Shown here: one piece after another, positions 14,524 through 24,213 of the stretch | Layout of the letters: each line of letters begins with the position of its first letter | Position numbering within the stretch: the first letter of the stretch is position 1 | Assembly: GCA_963841735.1 (NCBI GenBank) | Contig: CAWJDT010000004.1 | Location: forward strand, 320,001 to 384,000 | Source of the DNA: an uncultured Actinomycetes bacterium | GTDB taxonomy: Bacteria; Actinomycetota; Thermoleophilia; RBG-16-64-13 | Length of the DNA: 64,000 nt | Reading direction: 5' to 3' | Translations under genes and position numbers: made by a program | The notes under the pieces: model-generated | What the model was told of the DNA's origin: nothing | Databases searched by the model: none | The model's input: only the letters and a program-made list of their open reading frames with translations

Positions 14524-15131
14524 CGAGGCACCACCAGACCGGAAAGCATCGAGTCCAGGTCATTCTGCACCTGGGAGAGTTGGCCCTCCGGGGCTTCGGC
14601 CCACATGGTCACCCCTAGGGCTCCATGCGTGGCCACTACAACTTCGCCCTCCACTCGCCCATACGATGCCGTCCCGCTGAACACCACAGCCAGGCCGGCA
14701 AGGTCGCCGGCCACGGTGACTGCCGCCCCGGGCAAGGCCCGTAAATGCTCGTACTGTCCCTCCAAGATGGTAAGCATCTCGGCCAACAATTCGTCGTTCG
14801 TGCCGGCGTACTCCTCCACCCAGAAGGCGACATAGGCTCCCGAGCTCTGCAGAGATATGCCTGTCGGACCCACGTCCCATACCTCCGCCGCCGAGTACCA
14901 CCCGTCGGCAGGCGTGACGATGACCCCCAGGTTCACTTCTACGGGGACCTCGACGTTCGGATCGTTGGATGCGGTCGCCGAGGCCAGCAAGAACACCAGG
15001 ATCATCCACCCGAACATCACCGCCAGCAAGATCATGGACCCTCGCCACGAGGATCGACGCTCGTCGTCGTCCGGCAAAGGCCTCGGCTCAGCCCCAAGGG
15101 AGGAGTACATAGATGGGCCCACCTGGTTCAT
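14520..15131 (-). CDS. single-pass membrane protein with extracytoplasmic domain (hypothetical)
   Basis: One N-terminal TM helix followed by an alpha/beta domain. ATGA overlap with the PrsW gene. Confidence 0.7.
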   Translation of the reverse strand: MNQVGPSMYSSLGAEPRPLPDDDERRSSWRGSMILLAVMFGWMILVFLLASATASNDPNVEVPVEVNLGVIVTPADGWYSAAEVWDVGPTGISLQSSGAYVAFWVEEYAGTNDELLAEMLTILEGQYEHLRALPGAAVTVAGDLAGLAVVFSGTASYGRVEGEVVVATHGALGVTMWAEAPEGQLSQVQNDLDSMLSGLVVPR

Positions 15132-15289
15132 CGAGATGCTGTCGGCCTCCTGATCGCGGCCCGCCTATTGAGACAGGCCTACAACCGCCCACTTTACCAG
15201 AGGGTGATTCCCGCAAGGTGGCGACTGTTTGTCTGGTCTTCCATCGACAGTTCCTTGCTAGGGCCACTCATCTCTCCGGCCCAAGAATG

Positions 15290-15322
15290 CCGAAAACCCG
15301 GCTCTTGGCCGGGTTTTCGGTT
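15290..15322 (-). terminator. hairpin, probable terminator of tRNA-Ala
   Basis: CCGAAAACCCGGC..GCCGGGTTTTCGG inverted repeat just downstream of the tRNA. Confidence 0.65.
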
Positions 15323-15340
15323 CAAGCTTCGAGATCTTAG

Positions 15341-15413
15341 TGGAGGTAAGGGGACTCGAACCCCTGGCCTCAACGCTGCCAGCGTCGCGCTCTCCCAACT
15401 GAGCTATACCCCC
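15341..15413 (-). tRNA. tRNA-Ala(GGC), CCA not encoded
   Basis: GGGGGTATAGCTCAGTTGGGAGAGCGCGACGCTGGCAGCGTTGAGGCCAGGGGTTCGAGTCCCCTTACCTCCA folds as a cloverleaf with anticodon GGC. Confidence 0.97.
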
Positions 15414-15430
15414 ACGGTAAGCGGCCACGG

Positions 15431-15459
15431 ATTATAACCGCTGCCCCTGCGTCGCGCAA
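15431..15459 (-). promoter_or_regulatory. sigma70-type promoter of tRNA-Ala
   Basis: TTGCGC-N17-TATAAT on the minus strand. Confidence 0.7.
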
Positions 15460-15523
15460 CCGAACGACGCCGGGCACTCTGCCCGCTAGATCGCCGCCGG
15501 ACGCCCGGCGACCGCTGCAGCCT

Positions 15524-15955
15524 CTACTCCACGCTTTCCACCGGGGCCTGCTTCCAAAGCACGTCCAGACGGTAGAACTCGCGCGTCTCCGGGGTGAAGA
15601 TGTGCACCACGAAGTCCAAGAAGTCCATCAATATCCACTCACCGTCAGCCGCGCCCTCTATAGCTCTGGGTCCAGCCCCGGATTCGGCCTTGATCCTGAA
15701 GCCGATCTCCTCGGCGATGCGCCTGGTCAGACGGGCGTTGCGGCCGGTGCACAGCACCAGAAAGTCCGTGTAGGTGACCAGCTCGTGCATGTCGAGCAAC
15801 ACGACCTGTTCGCCCTTCACGTCCACCGCGGCCTGTGCTGCCAGACGAGCCCGGTCGTGAATGACCTGCAACTCGGCCTCAGAGAGAGCCGCCCTCGGGG
15901 GACGCTCACGTTTCTCGAGACTCTCCAAATCGGGCAGTTTGTTTTCTTCGGACAT
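15524..15955 (-). CDS. rsfS: ribosome silencing factor RsfS (Iojap)
   Basis: DFLVLCTG, EWILMDF.DFVVHIF..ETREFYRLDVLW. GAGGAG RBS before ATG 15955. Confidence 0.93.
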   Translation of the reverse strand: MSEENKLPDLESLEKRERPPRAALSEAELQVIHDRARLAAQAAVDVKGEQVVLLDMHELVTYTDFLVLCTGRNARLTRRIAEEIGFRIKAESGAGPRAIEGAADGEWILMDFLDFVVHIFTPETREFYRLDVLWKQAPVESVE

Positions 15956-15977
15956 ATCCGTGTTCAACTCCTCTTTG

Positions 15978-17525
15978 CTACTCCCACTCGATGGTCGCCG
16001 GAGGCTTGCTGGAGATATCCAGCGCCACCCGGTTGACACCAGGGACTTCATTGATGATGCGCTGGGAGACGATCTCCAGCAAGTCGTAGGGCAGCCGCGC
16101 CCAGTCGGCCGTCATGGCATCGTTGGATGTGACCGCCCGCACGATTATCGGATAAGCATACGTGCGCTCGTCACCCATGACCCCTACGCTGCGTATGGCC
16201 GGCAGCACAGCGAACGACTGCCATATCTCCCGATAGAGACCGGCTTTCTTGATCTCATCCAAGAAGATGGCGTCTGCCTCCCGCAATATCTCAAGCCGTT
16301 CCTCGGTGACCTCGCCGATAATGCGGATGGCCAATCCCGGGCCGGGGAAAGGCTGCCGCCAGACCAAATCTTCCGGCAGGCCCAACTCCTCGCCCACCAC
16401 CCGCACCTCGTCTTTGAACAGCATGCGGAGCGGCTCCACTAGCTCGAAGTCCACATCGTCCGGAAGCCCGCCGACGTTGTGATGCGATTTGATAACAGCC
16501 GCGGCGCTGGTGCCCGACTCGATGACGTCGGGATAGATAGTGCCCTGCACCAGGAACTTGGCCTTGCCCAGTTTGTGCGACTCTTCTTCGAAGGTGCGGA
16601 TGAACTCCTCGCCGATGATCTTGCGTTTGCGCTCAGGCTCAGTGACGCCGGCAAGTTTGCCTATGAAGCGCTCCTGGGCCCGCACATGCACCAACGGCAC
16701 TCGGAAGTGGCGCTGGAAGGTCGCCTCCACTTGTTCTGCCTCGTTCTTGCGCATCAGCCCGTGGTCGACAAAGATACAGGTGAGTTGGTCACCGACCGCC
16801 TTGTACACCATGAGAGCCGCCACGGCGGAATCCACGCCACCCGACAGCCCACAGACCACCTGTTCACTGCCCACCTGAGCACGGATGCGTTCCACAGCCT
16901 CTTCGATGATGGACACCGGCGTCCACGTAGGGGCTATGTCGCAGACCGAGTAGAGGAAATTCTTAAGAATGTCCTGTCCGTGTTCGGTATGACGAACCTC
17001 GGGATGGAACTGCACCCCATACAACCCGGAACTCGGGTCGGCCATGGCCGCCACCGGCATGTTGGGACTGCTTGCGGTGACCGCGAAGCCCGAGGGCACC
17101 TCTACCACCGAGTCGCCGTGGCTCATCCAGCAGGCAATTTCGTTAGGCAGGCCTGCGAACAAGGTGCCCTTCTCGCTCACCGTGAGAGGCCGCCCCCCGT
17201 ATTCGGCAACGCCGGTGCGCTCCACCCGTCCGCCCCTCAGCTTGGCTATGAGCTGCAATCCGTAGCAGATGCCCAGAATCGGCACGCCCAGCGAGAAGAT
17301 CTCGGGGTCAACCGTGGGCGCGCCCGCTTCGTTCACGCTGCGCGGACCACCCGAGAAGATGATGCCCATCGGGGCAGCCGCTTTGATCTCAGCGAAAGGC
17401 GTGTCGTAGGGAATCAACTCTGAGTACACCCGGCATTCGCGAACCCGCCGGGCTATGAGCTGTGAATACTGGCCACCAAAATCGATAACCAGCACCTTCT
17501 TGATGTCATCCCCACTATTTTTCAG
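15978..17525 (-). CDS. guaA: GMP synthase (glutamine-hydrolysing)
   Basis: [32 protein letters not shown] and [10 protein letters not shown]. Start uncertain (see findings). Confidence 0.97.
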   Translation of the reverse strand: MKNSGDDIKKVLVIDFGGQYSQLIARRVRECRVYSELIPYDTPFAEIKAAAPMGIIFSGGPRSVNEAGAPTVDPEIFSLGVPILGICYGLQLIAKLRGGRVERTGVAEYGGRPLTVSEKGTLFAGLPNEIACWMSHGDSVVEVPSGFAVTASSPNMPVAAMADPSSGLYGVQFHPEVRHTEHGQDILKNFLYSVCDIAPTWTPVSIIEEAVERIRAQVGSEQVVCGLSGGVDSAVAALMVYKAVGDQLTCIFVDHGLMRKNEAEQVEATFQRHFRVPLVHVRAQERFIGKLAGVTEPERKRKIIGEEFIRTFEEESHKLGKAKFLVQGTIYPDVIESGTSAAAVIKSHHNVGGLPDDVDFELVEPLRMLFKDEVRVVGEELGLPEDLVWRQPFPGPGLAIRIIGEVTEERLEILREADAIFLDEIKKAGLYREIWQSFAVLPAIRSVGVMGDERTYAYPIIVRAVTSNDAMTADWARLPYDLLEIVSQRIINEVPGVNRVALDISSKPPATIEWE

Positions 17526-18465
17526 CAGAAACCTCCTCCAGTTCCACCATCTTCGCGAACTTCTCCGCGTCGGCAGGCGAAAATACGCCGGCCCCGTAAC
17601 CGACAAGGTTGGCGGCAGCGCAGCCTAGACCAAAGCGCAGGCAGTCGGCCGGTGTATCGCCCTCGAGCAGCCGCACTGAATACCCGCCCACCAGAGCATC
17701 TCCCCATCCGAGGGGCGACACGACATCCACCGCGGGCATCTTGCCCACGAACACCCTACTACCTTCGCCGTCAGCGAGTTCTGCTACACACCCATACCGG
17801 TGTGTTATCACCACGGAGCCGCCCCCCATCTCGTGCATGGTACGTGCGGCGGCGATCTGGTCCTCCATGCCGGCAAATTCATAGCCGATGACCTTCTCCG
17901 CTTCCACCATCTTGGGGAAGACGTAGTCGGGCCCAGCCTTGATGCCATGGCGTAGCGGTTCGCCGTAGGTGTACAGAAACGCCACTAGGCCCAAGGAACG
18001 CACATGCCGAATCAAACCGGCATAGCAGTCGTCGTCGAGGCCCGGCGGCACGCTCCCGGCGAAGACCACTACGTCGGCAGCTTTGCCCAAGTAGTCGATC
18101 TTCTCGTGCAACATCGCCAGATCGTCCGCGTTGATCTCGGGGCCCTGCTCGTTTATCTCAGTGACCGCGTTATTAGCCGGATCCACTACTGCAGTGGATA
18201 CACGCGATTCGCCACTCACCCGCACGAAGTCACACATGATGCCCTCTTCGTTGAGGTCGGCGACTATCTGGTCGCCCTTGCGTCCTCCGACGAAACCAGT
18301 GGCGATAACCGGGCGGCCGAGGCCCCGGGCCGCCCGCGCGACATTGATTCCCTTGCCCCCAGGCAGCATCACGGTCTCGGTCGCCCGATGCCGGAATCCC
18401 ACCTGGAAGTTGGGCACCGTCATGGTGCGATCCAAGGCCGGGTTGAGCGTGACCGTCAGGATCAT
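17515..18465 (-). CDS. 1-phosphofructokinase family hexose kinase (PfkB/FruK-like)
   Basis: [27 protein letters not shown] and a GWGDAL anion-hole motif. Confidence 0.9.
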   Translation of the reverse strand: MILTVTLNPALDRTMTVPNFQVGFRHRATETVMLPGGKGINVARAARGLGRPVIATGFVGGRKGDQIVADLNEEGIMCDFVRVSGESRVSTAVVDPANNAVTEINEQGPEINADDLAMLHEKIDYLGKAADVVVFAGSVPPGLDDDCYAGLIRHVRSLGLVAFLYTYGEPLRHGIKAGPDYVFPKMVEAEKVIGYEFAGMEDQIAAARTMHEMGGGSVVITHRYGCVAELADGEGSRVFVGKMPAVDVVSPLGWGDALVGGYSVRLLEGDTPADCLRFGLGCAAANLVGYGAGVFSPADAEKFAKMVELEEVSAEK

Positions 18466-18485
18466 GGGCGAAAGCCTCCCATCGT

Positions 18486-19745
18486 CTAAACCAATCCTCC
18501 CAGCCATCTGCCTAGGCGCTTGAAGTAATAAGACACTTTGGAGCCAAGTCTGGCCTCGTCATACGAAGCCGACGCCACCAGGTTGACCTCCCCAACGGCC
18601 TCGCCGGCGATGGTCATGGTGACCTGACCGTAAATATCCCCGGCCCGTACCGGAAGCACGAGCGGCCGATCGATCACCACCGAGGTGGTGACAGTATCGT
18701 CTTTGTACAGTTCCATTTCCGCGGTGCTCTCCGTCAGCAGCCGCACAACCCCGTCTATCTTATAGGGTACCTTGGCTTCAGCCACGGCCGTGCCCGATTC
18801 GAGCAGAGTGACGTGACGGCATTGTTTCAATCCGTAGGCCAGAAGGGTCTCACTCTCGTCAAAGCACAAGGCGGATACCGGCTGCCCCAGCACGACGCAG
18901 ATCACCGAGACGTCGTCCTTGGTCGCCGACGACACCAGGCATTGCTCGGCCTTTGGCGTGAGACCCGTCTTGATGCCCGTGACCCAACTGTCTCTGGTCA
19001 GCAGTTTGTTCGTGTTGGTCAACTCCAGCGGCGAGTCGCGCCCCGGCATCTGGACCGAATAGTTCTGGGTGTGCACAATCTGCCGGAACCTCTCGTTCTG
19101 CATGGCGTAACGGGCAAGCGTCGCCATGTCAGCCGGCGTCGAGTAGTGACCCTCGGCGTCCAATCCGTTGGGATTGACGAAATGCGTGTCGTTCATGCCC
19201 AGTTCGGCCGCTTTGGCGTTCATCATCGCCGCGAAGGCATCGACGCTGCCGGCACAGGCCTCAGCGAGTGCCACAGCCGCTGCGTTCGCGCTTCGAAGCA
19301 TCATGCAATACAGGAACTCCTCCGTGGTAAGCACGTCGCCTTCGCGCAGCCAGTACTTCGGCTCGATCGTATTGGCAGCCTTCTTCGAAGCCGTGATGGG
19401 AGTCGAGAGGTCCATCTTCTCAAGCACTAGGATCGCCGTCATGATCTTCGTTGTGGAGGCCATACGTCGTTGCTCGTAGGCGTCCCACTCGTAAAGCACC
19501 TTGCCGGTGTCCTGGTTGATCACAATGGCGGCCGGCGAGTCGATTCTGGGAGCGTTGTCGTCGTAGTCGCCCAGATCCCTGGCCGAGACAGTGAAGCTCG
19601 AGACCTGACCGTTCGGCGCTGGCTCAAGCGTAGTGGTGGTCGCGCCGTCGGCCACGCCGGCCAGGGTGGCCACCAAGGTCCCGAGTATTACGAGGAAAAC
19701 AAGGAGCGTCAGCAACCGCCCCCGGCGAGCTGTCACAGGCATCAT
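18486..19745 (-). CDS. D-alanyl-D-alanine carboxypeptidase (peptidase S11)
   Basis: STTK (SxxK), SAN (SxN) and KTG motifs, with an N-terminal signal/TM segment. Start approximate. Confidence 0.93.
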   Translation of the reverse strand: MMPVTARRGRLLTLLVFLVILGTLVATLAGVADGATTTTLEPAPNGQVSSFTVSARDLGDYDDNAPRIDSPAAIVINQDTGKVLYEWDAYEQRRMASTTKIMTAILVLEKMDLSTPITASKKAANTIEPKYWLREGDVLTTEEFLYCMMLRSANAAAVALAEACAGSVDAFAAMMNAKAAELGMNDTHFVNPNGLDAEGHYSTPADMATLARYAMQNERFRQIVHTQNYSVQMPGRDSPLELTNTNKLLTRDSWVTGIKTGLTPKAEQCLVSSATKDDVSVICVVLGQPVSALCFDESETLLAYGLKQCRHVTLLESGTAVAEAKVPYKIDGVVRLLTESTAEMELYKDDTVTTSVVIDRPLVLPVRAGDIYGQVTMTIAGEAVGEVNLVASASYDEARLGSKVSYYFKRLGRWLGGLV

Positions 19746-19902
19746 GCAGCGGAGTATAGCATGGGGTCCCGGCGCCACTCCCTGGGCCGCCCCAGGCTTC
19801 CGGAGCGCGCTTGCCCCGGTGTTATACTTCGGGCCGCAGCGGCCCCGCGCGTGCATTCTTCGTGAAGCTTCATTTTTGGCCAAGTTGTAGGGAGGTGGAG
19901 CT

Positions 19903-20661
19903 ATAGCTGAAGTACTTCGTCAGGCGTGGAGCCGTCTGACCCGCAAGCAATGGCTCATCCTGTATCCGTTTGCGCTGTCTATCGTGGGAACCATCACGTT
20001 CTTCGCGGTCTACGCCGCCGGGCAGGAAACTTTGACGCTCAGCGGATTCTTCAAAGCGGACTTCAATCGCTCTCTCTACTTGCGCGATCATTTCTTCACC
20101 GGGTTCTCCTGGGACCAAGGGCTGCTCGCGCCTGTCCTGGCCGGCGTGGCATTCTGCGGGTTCTGCGCTCTCATACAAGCCGCCTTCCTCCGCGCCATCG
20201 CCGGCCCCCGTTACCCATTGGTGCCGCGCAAATTGCCCGACGCACTCAGGCTATTCGTCTTCTACCTACTCCTATATACCGTCACGTTTGTGGCCCCCCT
20301 GCCCGGCCCCAATGACGGCGCGCCCTACCTACTTATCATCACGTTTCTCCAGGTGGTCTCACTCCTGGTCACCTTCACGGATTACGTCATCGTCTACGAG
20401 TCGGCGGGAGTGCTGACGGGCATGCGACGCAGCCTGAAACTGGTCGGGCTCCGGCTGGGCACGGTTGTTTCCATCTACGTGGTCCTCACCCTGGTGCTCA
20501 TAGCCGTCAGAAGGCTGTATTCCCTCTACTTCGACGAGGCCGCCAGAGTCTTCGTCCTCTTGCCCGTGAGCCGGATGCTCGTCGATTCATTTGTGTTCCT
20601 GTTCGCCAACCTGGTACTCGTGTTCCTCTACGAGGACCTCCGGCGCCACAGTCCCTCCTGA
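19903..20661 (+). CDS. hypothetical multi-pass membrane protein
   Basis: About five hydrophobic segments. The frame is open from 19891; first canonical start is GTG 19984, possible ATA start at 19903. Confidence 0.7.
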   Translation: MAEVLRQAWSRLTRKQWLILYPFALSIVGTITFFAVYAAGQETLTLSGFFKADFNRSLYLRDHFFTGFSWDQGLLAPVLAGVAFCGFCALIQAAFLRAIAGPRYPLVPRKLPDALRLFVFYLLLYTVTFVAPLPGPNDGAPYLLIITFLQVVSLLVTFTDYVIVYESAGVLTGMRRSLKLVGLRLGTVVSIYVVLTLVLIAVRRLYSLYFDEAARVFVLLPVSRMLVDSFVFLFANLVLVFLYEDLRRHSPS

Positions 20662-20662
20662 C

Positions 20663-20863
20663 CTAGGGCACGATCAACAAGGTCGCCTCGGTGGTGATCG
20701 GCGGCACCGGCCCGACCCGTTCCTGGTGTCCGTGTATGACCCCGCCGAGTACCAGTCCGCTAACGATAGCCACCACTATCACAAGCAACGCCAACGGGAT
20801 GACTATCTGGTAAAGCGGCTCCGCCTTCTTATACGTCTGATAGGCCGGTTCGCCCTCAAGCAC
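20663..20863 (-). CDS. small single-TM hypothetical protein
   Basis: 66 aa with a clear TM helix; GTG start overlaps the pyrF stop and it fills the gap exactly. Confidence 0.55.
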   Translation of the reverse strand: MLEGEPAYQTYKKAEPLYQIVIPLALLVIVVAIVSGLVLGGVIHGHQERVGPVPPITTEATLLIVP

Positions 20864-21761
20864 GTCCAGCCGCCTTCCAAAGCGCCGCCTTCATCTCCGC
20901 CACCTCGCAGCGCGCGGCGTCCTGCCAATGCACGCCGCCGCGTTTCCGATACGCATAAAGAACGGCCCGCGAGGAGTTGACCACCGCTCCGGTGCCACGT
21001 TCATCGAACATGCCGCCTATGTCTTCCGCCCCCGCTCCTTGGGCACCGTAGCCCGGGATCAGCAGAGGCACTCCCGGCATCAGGGCGCGCAGTTGAACGC
21101 CCTGGCTGGGGTGGGTGCCCCCCACGACTGCCCCCACCGAACAATAGCCGACCGCCCCTTCACTGCCTAACCCCCAGCCGGTCACCAGTTCCGCCACCCG
21201 GACGTATAGGGGCCTGCCCCCCGCGATGTCAAGATCCTGAATATCGACCGAGCTAGGATTGGATGTCTTCACCAGCACGAACACCCCTTTACCCGCCTCC
21301 CGCGCTCTTCGGGCGAAGGGCTCCACGCTATCGGAGCCCAGATAAGGGTTCACCGTCACCGCATCTACCCCTGCCACCTCGAGGTGCGCCCGCGCGTACG
21401 CCTCGGCCGTGCTGCCTATGTCGCCGCGCTTCGCATCCCCGATAACCAAACACCCACTATCCCGGATCGGGCCAACCAGTTCTTCGTAGAGTCCATAGCC
21501 CGGGGCACCCAAAGCTTCGAAGTACGCGCACTGCATCTTCACGGCCACCGCATCAGCGCACACCGCTTCCAGCACGCCGGTCAAGAAACCGCGGTAGCAG
21601 TCCACTTTCATCTCGGCATCGCTGCCGTACGCTTCTCGCGGATAGGCCGCCCGCACGTCTGCAGGGAGCAGATCGTAGTCGGGATCAAACCCCACCACCA
21701 CATGAGAGCGCTTCTGCTCTATGGCTCCTAGAAGCCTATCGGCAAAATTGGATGCGTTCAC
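20856..21761 (-). CDS. pyrF: orotidine-5'-phosphate decarboxylase (subfamily 2)
   Basis: VGFDP, DAKRGDIGST, VKTSNPSS, PGYGAQG and VNSSRA motifs. Confidence 0.96.
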   Translation of the reverse strand: MNASNFADRLLGAIEQKRSHVVVGFDPDYDLLPADVRAAYPREAYGSDAEMKVDCYRGFLTGVLEAVCADAVAVKMQCAYFEALGAPGYGLYEELVGPIRDSGCLVIGDAKRGDIGSTAEAYARAHLEVAGVDAVTVNPYLGSDSVEPFARRAREAGKGVFVLVKTSNPSSVDIQDLDIAGGRPLYVRVAELVTGWGLGSEGAVGYCSVGAVVGGTHPSQGVQLRALMPGVPLLIPGYGAQGAGAEDIGGMFDERGTGAVVNSSRAVLYAYRKRGGVHWQDAARCEVAEMKAALWKAAGRA

Positions 21762-21800
21762 TGCAAGAACCCCTCAGAAGTCACAACACTGCCTACCAAG

Positions 21801-21829
21801 AAAAAAGGGCCGCACATGGCGGCCCTTCT
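21801..21829 (-). terminator. intrinsic terminator after hup
   Basis: AAGGGCCGC..GCGGCCCTT hairpin followed by a T-run on the minus strand. Confidence 0.8.
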
Positions 21830-21852
21830 CACTTCATCTCACGAACTCAAAA

Positions 21853-22125
21853 TCACTTGACAGCGCTTTTGAGAGCAAGACCTGCACTGAATTTGGGAAC
21901 TTTGGTGGCAGGGATATTGATCTTCTCTTTGGTCTGCGGGTTGATCCCCTGCCGCGCTTCGCGCGCCTGCACGTAGAACTTACCGAATCCAGTGAACTGT
22001 ACGTCCTCCCCCTTCTTGAGCGCATCGGTGACTACATCCACGAAAGAGTCGACCACAGCGGCCGCGTCTTTCTTGGTGAGCCCACTCTTAGCTGCAAGCT
22101 TGTCCACAAAATCGGCTTTGGTCAC
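21853..22125 (-). CDS. hup: HU family DNA-binding protein
   Basis: TKADFVDKLA..VQFTGFGKF..GINPQTKEKINIPATKVPKFSAG. GGGAGG RBS. Confidence 0.96.
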   Translation of the reverse strand: MTKADFVDKLAAKSGLTKKDAAAVVDSFVDVVTDALKKGEDVQFTGFGKFYVQAREARQGINPQTKEKINIPATKVPKFSAGLALKSAVK

Positions 22126-22227
22126 AGTTACCTCCCTTGGTCTGCGGGGTACGCCCCTCACCTTAGCAAATGCCGTTAGCCCTACACAAGCTGTCTTTCA
22201 ACGGTATAACCGAAAAGAAACCGCATT

Positions 22228-22776
22228 TCAAGGCGCAATCGCGATACCGAGCTCCGACGACGTGAACAACGGCAGCAGAGTGAGTCCTGCAGCAGCAGCA
22301 GCGGCTCTTCCCCCCTCCTCGCGGTCGACCACGCAGTAGAGGTCGTCAACCTGGGCACCGGCCTCGCGCAGAACTTCCACCGCTTGGATAGCAGCTCCGC
22401 CCGATGTGACGATGTCCTCCACCAGAGCGATCCTCTCCCCCCGCTCCACGCGGCCTTCGACACGCTTGCCGGTGCCATACTCCTTCGTGAGCTTCCGCAC
22501 CAGAACCAACGGGAGCCCCAGTTCCAGTGACAATCCGGCTCCCAGCACCACCCCACCCAGCTCCGGAGCGCCTAGGCGATCGTAGTGAGCCCCGGCAGCC
22601 AGCTGGTTACGGACCATCATGGCAATCTCCTGTACTATGCCGCGCAGAACCTGCGGATCAGTCTCAAACAGGTATTTGTCAAGGTAGTACTTGCTCCTGC
22701 GGCCCGAGCGCAGGACAAAATCGCCCTCCAGGTACGCCGCCTTCAACAGAAGCCTGCCCAGTTCTTCCTTTTCCAC
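22228..22776 (-). CDS. pyrE: orotate phosphoribosyltransferase
   Basis: GDFVLRSGRRSKYYLDK, VRK..KEYG and LVEDIVTSGG motifs. Confidence 0.95.
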   Translation of the reverse strand: MEKEELGRLLLKAAYLEGDFVLRSGRRSKYYLDKYLFETDPQVLRGIVQEIAMMVRNQLAAGAHYDRLGAPELGGVVLGAGLSLELGLPLVLVRKLTKEYGTGKRVEGRVERGERIALVEDIVTSGGAAIQAVEVLREAGAQVDDLYCVVDREEGGRAAAAAAGLTLLPLFTSSELGIAIAP

Positions 22777-22818
22777 TAGCCCTCCTAGTCGATTCAAACC
22801 CTCGGAACGCCCTGCCGC

Positions 22819-24213
22819 CTATGCCCCAGACACCGTTATGCCTGTAACGGCGAGCGAGGGCGCGTAAGCACTCCCGTATAGCGGGGTCCAGCGTGCGTCG
22901 CCGCCCACGTCGCACACTCCCTTCAGTAGGCTTAGAAAATCCGTGGCCACCGTAATCTCACGCACCGGAGTTCCCAAGCTGCCGCCACTGATGAGTCTGC
23001 CCGTCGCCCCCACCGAGATCTCGCCACTGATGGCGTTGACGCCGGAGTGGAGGCCGGCCAAGCTGTCCACATAGAGACCGTCCGACACGCGGGAGACTAG
23101 AGCCTCAAGCGTACCTAGGCCCGACCGCACGACCAGATTGGTAGCACCCACGACAGGGAGCGTCCGGTAGGAGCCCCGCACCGCGTTCCCGGTGGACCGC
23201 ACGCCACCCCCGGCTTTGCGGGCCGTATGGCTATTGTGCAGAAACGACCGCAGAACGCCATCCTCGATCACGGCCGTCGCCCGCTGAGGCACCCCTTCCC
23301 CATCGAAGGGACGGGTGGCCATGCCCTCCCTCGCAACCCCATCATCGATGAGGTGCAACAACGGCGAAGCCACCACCTCCCCAAGCTTGGTAGCAAACAC
23401 CGAGCGTCCCTTCTGCACGGCGTCGGCGCTGAGCGCCCGAGCCACGCTGCCCAAGAGAGCAGCCACGACCTCCCTGTCGAACACCACCGTGTACAGACCA
23501 GTTGGGCAAGGACGCGCTCCCAGCAACGCACAGGCCTTCTCTCCCGCCTCGCGCCCGGCCTTCTCAGCGTCCAAGCCTTCGGGCTCCCGGGCGGCAGTGA
23601 ACCCCAGACCGGACTGCCGCTCGCGGTCGTGGCCCGCGTGGGCCTGCACATAAACGAAACAGAATGACTGCGCTGCCTCAGCCTCGACACCTGCAGTAGA
23701 TGCGATGGCCACGTAGCTTTCCTCGTCCGAATAGACGCTCTCCTCAACGGTCTCAACATCCGCCAACGCCAGCGCAGCAGATTCCGCCTTCAAGGCCAGT
23801 GCGGTCTTCCGCTCCAAGGTCGTCCCGGAGATCCCCGGCCGCCATAGGTCCGACAGCACCGGATAGCCGCCCTCCTCGCTACCAGGCAACGAAGAGTACT
23901 CGTCGGCGTCAGCGGCCTTGAGATTATCCGTCGCCCAATGGAGGGCGCGACGAACGCCCTCCCGCGACAGGTCGGACGTGAACGCGTATCCGGTGCGGCC
24001 CTCGTGCATGGCCCTGACTCCCAGACCGCTGGGCTCTGCCACCGTGACCGACTCAACCTCGCCCCCGAACGCCTTGATGGTGACCGTCCGCCCCCGCTCG
24101 ACATAGACTTCGACCTCAGCGCCAACTCCGCAGGTCAGGCCCAATGCCATCCGCGCCACCTCTAGCGGAGACGACGCCTCTCCGGCAGCCGGGTTGTGGG
24201 CTAGCTTGCTCAC
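22819..24213 (-). CDS. pmbA: TldD/PmbA family protein, PmbA/TldE (non-catalytic) subunit
   Basis: PFDGEG, GNAVR and SGEIS, with no HExxxH. GTGA overlap with tldD. Confidence 0.88.
   Translation of the reverse strand: MSKLAHNPAAGEASSPLEVARMALGLTCGVGAEVEVYVERGRTVTIKAFGGEVESVTVAEPSGLGVRAMHEGRTGYAFTSDLSREGVRRALHWATDNLKAADADEYSSLPGSEEGGYPVLSDLWRPGISGTTLERKTALALKAESAALALADVETVEESVYSDEESYVAIASTAGVEAEAAQSFCFVYVQAHAGHDRERQSGLGFTAAREPEGLDAEKAGREAGEKACALLGARPCPTGLYTVVFDREVVAALLGSVARALSADAVQKGRSVFATKLGEVVASPLLHLIDDGVAREGMATRPFDGEGVPQRATAVIEDGVLRSFLHNSHTARKAGGGVRSTGNAVRGSYRTLPVVGATNLVVRSGLGTLEALVSRVSDGLYVDSLAGLHSGVNAISGEISVGATGRLISGGSLGTPVREITVATDFLSLLKGVCDVGGDARWTPLYGSAYAPSLAVTGITVSGA

Noticed and set aside
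15131-15413. tRNA-Ala (or tRNA-Gly at 48168-48243) as an integration site of an island
   Set aside because: No integrase, no duplicated tRNA 3' end and no obvious compositional shift were seen.
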